64,000 nt of DNA, from contig JAIBDZ010000002.1 of the NCBI GenBank assembly GCA_024685975.1, positions 90,908 through 154,907 on the forward strand. Reading direction: 5' to 3'. Origin of the DNA: Piscirickettsiaceae bacterium. Lineage in GTDB: Bacteria > Pseudomonadota > Gammaproteobacteria > Nitrosococcales > Methylophagaceae. The translations under genes and the position numbers were made by a program. Below are positions 58,735 through 64,000 of the stretch, one piece after another. The notes under the pieces are model-generated. The model was not told the DNA's origin. It ran no database searches and saw only the letters and a list, made by a program, of their open reading frames with translations. The number at the start of each line of letters is the position of its first letter. The first letter of the stretch is position 1.

Positions 58735-58782
58735 CTGTTAAATCACACAGTTTGCTGTCAAATCACACAGTTTTTCTGTTAA
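58735..58782 (+). promoter_or_regulatory. phased direct repeats upstream of the cox operon
   Basis: CTGTTAAATCACACAGTTT (58735-58753) and CTGTCAAATCACACAGTTT (58755-58773) are 20 bp apart, with a third partial copy CTGTTAA at 58776. A TATAAT hexamer sits at 58724-58729. Confidence 0.4.
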
Positions 58783-58854
58783 CGCAATATTCAATGGTCA
58801 AAAAAGGCCAATACATTTGTACTTAGAGAATACCTTGTAAAACGCTATAAAGGT

Positions 58855-59997
58855 ATGATAAATCGAAGGAAACTATTCATGCGTCGACTCTTGCATCAGT
58901 TTTGTATCACCCTAGCATTGCTTATCCCAACCAGCGTACTTGCTGCATGGGAGCTTAATATGCCCCGCGGCGTCACCGATGTAAGTCATACTACTTATGA
59001 CTTACACATGCTTATCCTATGGATTTGTGTCGGTATCGGCGTCATTGTTTTCGGCGTGATGTTTTGGTCGATTATTTACCACCGTAAATCACGTGGTGCA
59101 AAAGCAGCCCAATTCCACGAAAGTACAACTGTCGAAATCATTTGGACGGTCATTCCATTCATCATATTAATTGGTATGGCGGTTCCAGCGACTAACGTAT
59201 TAATCGATGCTTATGATTCAAGCGAATCAGATATTGATATTCAAGTCACGGGTTATCAATGGAAATGGCAATATAAATATCTTAATGAAGAGATTGATTT
59301 CTTTAGCTCAATGAAAACAACTAAAGAAGAAGTCTATAACGAAGTTGAGAAAAACCCTCACTACTTATTAGATGTTGATAATGAAGTCGTTGTTCCTATC
59401 AACAAAAAAGTCCGTTTCTTATTTACGGCTAATGATGTGGTTCATGCTTGGTGGGTACCAGAGTTAGCAATCAAAAAAGATGCTATCCCGGGATTCATCA
59501 ATGAAGCATGGACTCGTATCAATGAAGTCGGTACATACCGAGGCCAATGTGCAGAATTATGTGGTAAAGATCACGGCTTTATGCCTGTTGTTGTCAAAGC
59601 TGTTACCCAAGAAGATTATGATAAATGGGTTGCAGAACAAAAAGCAGTTTCATTAGCGAAAGCAGCTGAAGCTGAGCAAGTATGGACAAAAGAAGATCTT
59701 GTTGCAAAAGGTGAAACGGTTTACCAGAAAAGTTGTGCGGCTTGCCATATGGCAAATGGTGCAGGACTTCCACCGGCATTCCCAGCACTTAATGGTAACG
59801 AGATTGTCTTAGGTGATATTGAGAAACATATGGATGTCGTCATTCATGGTGTTCCAGGCACAGCAATGGCCGCTTATGGAAACCAATTGTCTGCCGTCGA
59901 TCTTGCAGCGGTTATCACCTACAAACGTAATGCTTGGGACAACAACACAGGTGATGTTATTACACCTGCTGATGTTAAAGCATTCATGAGTAAATAG
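58855..59997 (+). CDS. coxB: cytochrome c oxidase subunit II with C-terminal cytochrome c domain
   Basis: Two TM helices, CuA site HAWWVPE...CAELCGKDHGFM, and a C-terminal CAACH heme-c motif. An alternative start is ATG 58879 (AAGGAA upstream). Confidence 0.93.
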   Translation: MINRRKLFMRRLLHQFCITLALLIPTSVLAAWELNMPRGVTDVSHTTYDLHMLILWICVGIGVIVFGVMFWSIIYHRKSRGAKAAQFHESTTVEIIWTVIPFIILIGMAVPATNVLIDAYDSSESDIDIQVTGYQWKWQYKYLNEEIDFFSSMKTTKEEVYNEVEKNPHYLLDVDNEVVVPINKKVRFLFTANDVVHAWWVPELAIKKDAIPGFINEAWTRINEVGTYRGQCAELCGKDHGFMPVVVKAVTQEDYDKWVAEQKAVSLAKAAEAEQVWTKEDLVAKGETVYQKSCAACHMANGAGLPPAFPALNGNEIVLGDIEKHMDVVIHGVPGTAMAAYGNQLSAVDLAAVITYKRNAWDNNTGDVITPADVKAFMSK

Positions 59998-60012
59998 AGT
60001 AAAGAGGCCAAC

Positions 60013-61605
60013 ATGAGCGAACAAACTATGACACACGACGATCACCACGATCACGGCCCTGCTAAAGGCCTGCTTCGTTGGGTGTATACCACTAACCATA
60101 AAGACATCGGTACTTTGTACCTTGTTTTCAGCCTTATCATGTTCCTTATTGGGGGTATGATGGCCTTTGTTATCCGTGCTGAGTTATTCCAGCCGGGTAT
60201 GCAACTCGTTGATCCAAACTTTTTCAACCAAATGACGACCATGCATGGTCTTATTATGGTCTTCGGTGCCGTTATGCCCGGTTTTGTAGGATTAGCCAAC
60301 TGGCAAATCCCTATGATGATTGGTGCGCCTGATATGGCCTTGCCGCGAATGAATAACTGGAGCTTCTGGATCCTACCTTTCGCATTCACAATGTTATTAT
60401 CGACATTGTTTATGGAAGGTGGCGCGCCTAACTTCGGTTGGACATTCTACGCTCCACTATCAACGACTTATGCACCAGAAAGTGTGACCTTCTTTATCTT
60501 TGCGATTCATATGATGGGGATTTCATCCATCATGGGTGCAATGAATATCATCGTGACACTCTTTAATATGCGTGCTCCAGGTATGGGCATGATGCAAATG
60601 CCTATGTTTGCATGGTCTTGGTTGATTACAGCTTTCTTATTAGTCGCTGTTATGCCTGTCCTTGCTGCTGTCGTTACCATGATGTTAATGGATATTCACT
60701 TCTCAACCAGTTTCTTTAGTGCTGCTGGTGGTGGTGATCCCGTTTTATTCCAACACATTTTCTGGTTCTTCGGTCATCCAGAAGTTTATATTATGATTTT
60801 GCCAGCTTTTGGTGTGGTATCTCAAATCATCCCAACATTTGCTCGTAAAAAACTATTTGGTTACCACTCAATGGTATACGCGACAATTGCTATCGCATTA
60901 TTATCATTAATCGTATGGGCTCACCATATGTTTACTGTTGGTATGCCAATTGCCGGTCAGTTATTCTTCATGTTCTCAACTATGTTGATTGCAGTACCAA
61001 CAGGCGTAAAAGTGTTTAACTGGGTAGCAACAATGTTTAAAGGGTCAATGACTTTTGAAACACCAATGTTATTTGCTATCGGTTTTGTCGTCTTATTCAC
61101 CATCGGTGGTTTCTCAGGCATTATGCTTGCGATTGCACCAATTGATTTCCAATACCAAGACACTTACTTTGTTGTTGCCCACTTCCACTATGTATTAGTG
61201 CCTGGTGCGGTATTTGGTATCGTTGCCGGTGTTTACTATTGGTTACCGAAATGGACGGGTAAAGTCTATGACGAATCATTAGGTAAAATGCACTTCTGGT
61301 TATCATTTATTGGTTTGAATGTCACATTCTTCCCAATGCACTTTGTCGGTCTAGCTGGTATGCCTCGTCGTATCCCTGACTATGCCTTACAGTTTGCTGA
61401 CTTTAATATGATGGCGAGTGTCGGTGCCTTTATCTTCGGTACATCACAATTAATCTTCGTTTACTTAATCATTAAAGCGGTACGAACTGGCGAAACAGCT
61501 GAGCAAGTGCCATGGGAATCTGCTGAAGGTCTAGAGTGGACATTGCCAACACCGTTGCCATACCACACCTTCACAACACCTCCTGTTATTGAAGTACAGA
61601 AGTAA
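60013..61605 (+). CDS. coxA: cytochrome c oxidase subunit I
   Basis: Canonical heme-copper oxidase sequence ([21 protein letters not shown]). Confidence 0.97.
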   Translation: MSEQTMTHDDHHDHGPAKGLLRWVYTTNHKDIGTLYLVFSLIMFLIGGMMAFVIRAELFQPGMQLVDPNFFNQMTTMHGLIMVFGAVMPGFVGLANWQIPMMIGAPDMALPRMNNWSFWILPFAFTMLLSTLFMEGGAPNFGWTFYAPLSTTYAPESVTFFIFAIHMMGISSIMGAMNIIVTLFNMRAPGMGMMQMPMFAWSWLITAFLLVAVMPVLAAVVTMMLMDIHFSTSFFSAAGGGDPVLFQHIFWFFGHPEVYIMILPAFGVVSQIIPTFARKKLFGYHSMVYATIAIALLSLIVWAHHMFTVGMPIAGQLFFMFSTMLIAVPTGVKVFNWVATMFKGSMTFETPMLFAIGFVVLFTIGGFSGIMLAIAPIDFQYQDTYFVVAHFHYVLVPGAVFGIVAGVYYWLPKWTGKVYDESLGKMHFWLSFIGLNVTFFPMHFVGLAGMPRRIPDYALQFADFNMMASVGAFIFGTSQLIFVYLIIKAVRTGETAEQVPWESAEGLEWTLPTPLPYHTFTTPPVIEVQK

Positions 61606-61611
61606 ATAACG

Positions 61612-62172
61612 ATGAATCTTTCAACTCCAAAAGGCTTAGTGCTCGTCGTACTTTTCATGTTTGCTTTCGGCTTCATGCTTGTACCACTTTATGATGTGAT
61701 ATGTGAAGTGACAGGCTTGAATGGTAAAACAGCGGGCAAATACGAAGGAGCACTAGCTGATGGAGCGGAAGAGAAAGGTCGACCGGTTAAAATTCAATTT
61801 GTCGTCAACAAAAATGATGGCGTCAGCTGGGAATTTAAACCGAATGATAAAGAAATGACCCTTCTCACAGGTGAAAGAAGACAAACATCATATGCCGTAA
61901 CAAACACATATAATCATGCGGTTGTCGCACAAGCTGTACCCAGTGTTGCACCTGCTGAAGCGGCAGAATATATACATAAAATAGAGTGTTTTTGTTTTGA
62001 ACAACAACCATTAGAAGCCGGTGAACATAAGGACATGCCTCTTGTCTTTGTGATTGATCCTGAACTTCCATTGGATATCAAAAAACTCACACTATCTTAT
62101 ACCTTGTTTGATATTACAGATAAAGCTGCTCCAGACAGCGACCCACATAAAGTAAAAAAGGTAGGTAATTAA
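61612..62172 (+). CDS. ctaG: cytochrome c oxidase assembly protein CtaG/Cox11
   Basis: N-terminal TM plus the CFCF copper-binding motif (IECFCFEQQPL). Confidence 0.9.
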   Translation: MNLSTPKGLVLVVLFMFAFGFMLVPLYDVICEVTGLNGKTAGKYEGALADGAEEKGRPVKIQFVVNKNDGVSWEFKPNDKEMTLLTGERRQTSYAVTNTYNHAVVAQAVPSVAPAEAAEYIHKIECFCFEQQPLEAGEHKDMPLVFVIDPELPLDIKKLTLSYTLFDITDKAAPDSDPHKVKKVGN

Positions 62173-63062
62173 TGGAACATTCTTCTAACTCATATTATGT
62201 CCCAGAGCAAAGTGCATGGCCGATAGTTGGTGCTATTGCCATGTTTTTAATGCTTGGCGGTACAGGTATGACCCTTATTGACTTGCAACAAGGTGATATT
62301 TCTCAAATGAGTAAAATCACCATGTACACAGGCATGGCAATATTAATTTTCATGTTATTTGGCTGGTTTGGTAACGTTATTTCAGAGTCACGCAGTGGAC
62401 TTTATTCTCCACAAGTAGACATGTCTTTCCGTTACAGCATGAGCTGGTTTATTTTCTCTGAAGTCATGTTCTTCTTAGCCTTCTTTGGCGCGTTATATTA
62501 TGCCAGAGCATTTTCAGTGCCATGGTTAGGCGGTGAAGGTGATAAAGGTTTAGCGAATATGTTATGGCCTGGTTTTGAAGCCACATGGCCTCTCATGACA
62601 CCACCAAACCCAGAGTTGTTCCAACCAATTAAAGAAGTCATTGACCCATGGCACTTACCATTGATCAATACCATTCTTTTGGTAACATCAAGTTTCACTG
62701 TTACATTCGCTCACCACGCCCTACGTCATGGTGAACGCGCAAAAGTTAAAATTTGGTTGGCTCTTACTTTGATTTTAGGTGTCACATTCCTTGCATTCCA
62801 AGTTGAAGAATATATGGAAGCATATCAGCACCTAGACTTGACATTAAACTCAGGTATTTATGGGTCAACATTCTTCCTATTGACTGGTTTCCATGGTTTC
62901 CACGTCACATTAGGTAGTATTATTTTATTGGTTCTGCTGATTCGCGTATTCAAAGGTCATTTCACACCAGATAACCACTTTGGTTTTGAAGCTGGCTCGT
63001 GGTACTGGCACTTTGTTGACGTAGTTTGGTTATTACTATTCTTAGTCGTCTACGTCTTCTAA
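62172..63062 (+). CDS. coxC: cytochrome c oxidase subunit III
   Basis: FFLLTGFHGFHVTLG and WYWHFVDVVWL motifs. Confidence 0.95.
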   Translation: MEHSSNSYYVPEQSAWPIVGAIAMFLMLGGTGMTLIDLQQGDISQMSKITMYTGMAILIFMLFGWFGNVISESRSGLYSPQVDMSFRYSMSWFIFSEVMFFLAFFGALYYARAFSVPWLGGEGDKGLANMLWPGFEATWPLMTPPNPELFQPIKEVIDPWHLPLINTILLVTSSFTVTFAHHALRHGERAKVKIWLALTLILGVTFLAFQVEEYMEAYQHLDLTLNSGIYGSTFFLLTGFHGFHVTLGSIILLVLLIRVFKGHFTPDNHFGFEAGSWYWHFVDVVWLLLFLVVYVF

Positions 63063-63136
63063 GGATACGTTAAAGCTATATGTATATTGTTCCCAAATAA
63101 TTTTTATATTGGAGCAATATCAAAGGGACAAGTGAA

Positions 63137-63868
63137 GTGGCAAAAAATCGATTTATCTGGTCATTCTTTAATTGGAAAATATCAGTACAAATCCCTTTTT
63201 TGTTCTTCACTTGTTTTGCTTTTGTTCTTTGTCTAAATTTAGCCAATTGGCAATTGCAACGTGCATATCTAGCTGATGATTTATTTAATGAATTTCAGCT
63301 CCAAAACCAACGTCCTGAATCAGCTTTATCTGATCAACTTGAAGCTTATCAACGAATCACTATTGAAGGTGATGTCAAAGGACATTACTTTCTTGATAAT
63401 AAAATCAATCAAGGTACAAGTGGCTGGCATGTCCTAGCTGAAGTCCAAACTGATACTTATTTAGTATTAGTCAATTTAGGTTGGCAAGCCAAACAAGCCA
63501 ATTTAAGCTTACAAACGCCATTGCCGGAACATATCAAAGTGCAAGGCTTAGTGAGAAAACCAAGCGATGGTTTTATGTTGCAATCGGCTGTTGAGGATCC
63601 AAACTGGCCAACACTGATGCAACAAATCGACATACCCTTATTAAATCAGCATATCGCGACCCCACTATTTCCGTTTGTACTTTATGCCGAAAATAAAATT
63701 GGTAATTTAATACCCGCCCCCATTGAAATTGAAAATAAATATTTCATGCATATTGGATATGCGATTCAATGGCTTTTAATAGGTCTAGCGGCAATTGCCG
63801 TCTTCCTCTATATCTCACGAATTGAATATAAAGAAAATGAGCGAAAAGAAAAAAAACTGGTTGCTTAG
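63137..63868 (+). CDS. SURF1-family cytochrome oxidase biogenesis protein
   Basis: TM...LNLANWQLQRA N-terminus, VLVNLGW, and a C-terminal YAIQWLLIGLAA TM. GTG start. Confidence 0.85.
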   Translation: MAKNRFIWSFFNWKISVQIPFLFFTCFAFVLCLNLANWQLQRAYLADDLFNEFQLQNQRPESALSDQLEAYQRITIEGDVKGHYFLDNKINQGTSGWHVLAEVQTDTYLVLVNLGWQAKQANLSLQTPLPEHIKVQGLVRKPSDGFMLQSAVEDPNWPTLMQQIDIPLLNQHIATPLFPFVLYAENKIGNLIPAPIEIENKYFMHIGYAIQWLLIGLAAIAVFLYISRIEYKENERKEKKLVA

Positions 63869-64000
63869 CGCCATTTGGTTAATCCCTATTGTTCCGCTAG
63901 TCATAGCATGGACAATGGCACTAACCGGTTACGGCGTTCCCGAAGATACACGTAATAATGGTGAGTTATTATCTGCTGGCCTGATCGTTCCAGAATCGAT
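63837..64000 (+). CDS. hypothetical membrane protein, 5' part only (continues past the window end)
   Basis: An ATG at 63837 overlaps the SURF1 3' end. It reads MSEKKKNWLLSAIWLIPIVPLVIAWTMALTGYG..., and no stop occurs before the window end. Confidence 0.4.
   Translation, partial: MSEKKKNWLLSAIWLIPIVPLVIAWTMALTGYGVPEDTRNNGELLSAGLIVPES

Noticed and set aside
1-64000. CRISPR arrays, rRNA genes, intact IS elements or transposases, toxin-antitoxin pairs, recognisable anti-phage defence genes
   Set aside because: None was seen. The only repeats are the 38-bp islet borders, the AEAQA coding repeat, the cox-leader repeats and the weak pair around the BON-MscS gene. The only mobility genes are fragments.

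Overview
The window looks like chromosomal DNA from an AT-rich marine gammaproteobacterium; that taxon guess is inference only. There are five blocks. (1) 1-3855, minus strand: a tightly coupled operon encoding a thermostable-hemolysin-like protein, an adenylate-forming enzyme, a heme-oxygenase-like di-iron protein, an SDR and a partial secreted protein. tRNA-Val lies just upstream of it. (2) 4244-8272: housekeeping genes, namely a peptidoglycan-binding protein, uvrB, an aspartate-aminotransferase-like gene and tRNA-Asn. (3) 8284-15675: a decayed islet of about 7.3 kb next to tRNA-Asn, bounded by 38-bp direct repeats that are copies of the tRNA-Asn terminator hairpin. It holds integrase, umuC-like, AI-2E, Crp-like and DUF2254-like remnants, plus intact stress genes (CsbD, hemerythrin, two MscS channels, Pmp3). 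An HDOD protein, tRNA-Thr and a methyl-accepting chemotaxis protein follow. (4) 18853-57122: a roughly 37-kb exopolysaccharide supercluster, almost entirely on the minus strand. It contains rmlBADC, a phosphohexomutase, a PrsT-like TPR lipoprotein, an exosortase-EpsI fusion, about 9 glycosyltransferases, two acyltransferase-3 genes, wzx, wzy (opposite strand) and a repeat-rich beta-helix secreted protein. It also carries the PEP-CTERM-locus export set (ATPase, BY-kinase-like, chain-length determinant, OM barrel, Wza-like), a single PEP-CTERM-type substrate gene with a VPVPA tail, a priming transferase, manC and a divergent galU. (5) 57186-64000: a DAACS transporter and the aa3-type cytochrome c oxidase operon (coxB-coxA-ctaG-coxC-SURF1). 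The best leads are the exosortase-EpsI fusion with its VPxPA-tailed substrate, a WecG/TagA transferase fused to a STAS domain, and the orphan di-iron/T_hemolysin-like operon. No CRISPR array, rRNA gene or intact transposase was seen.
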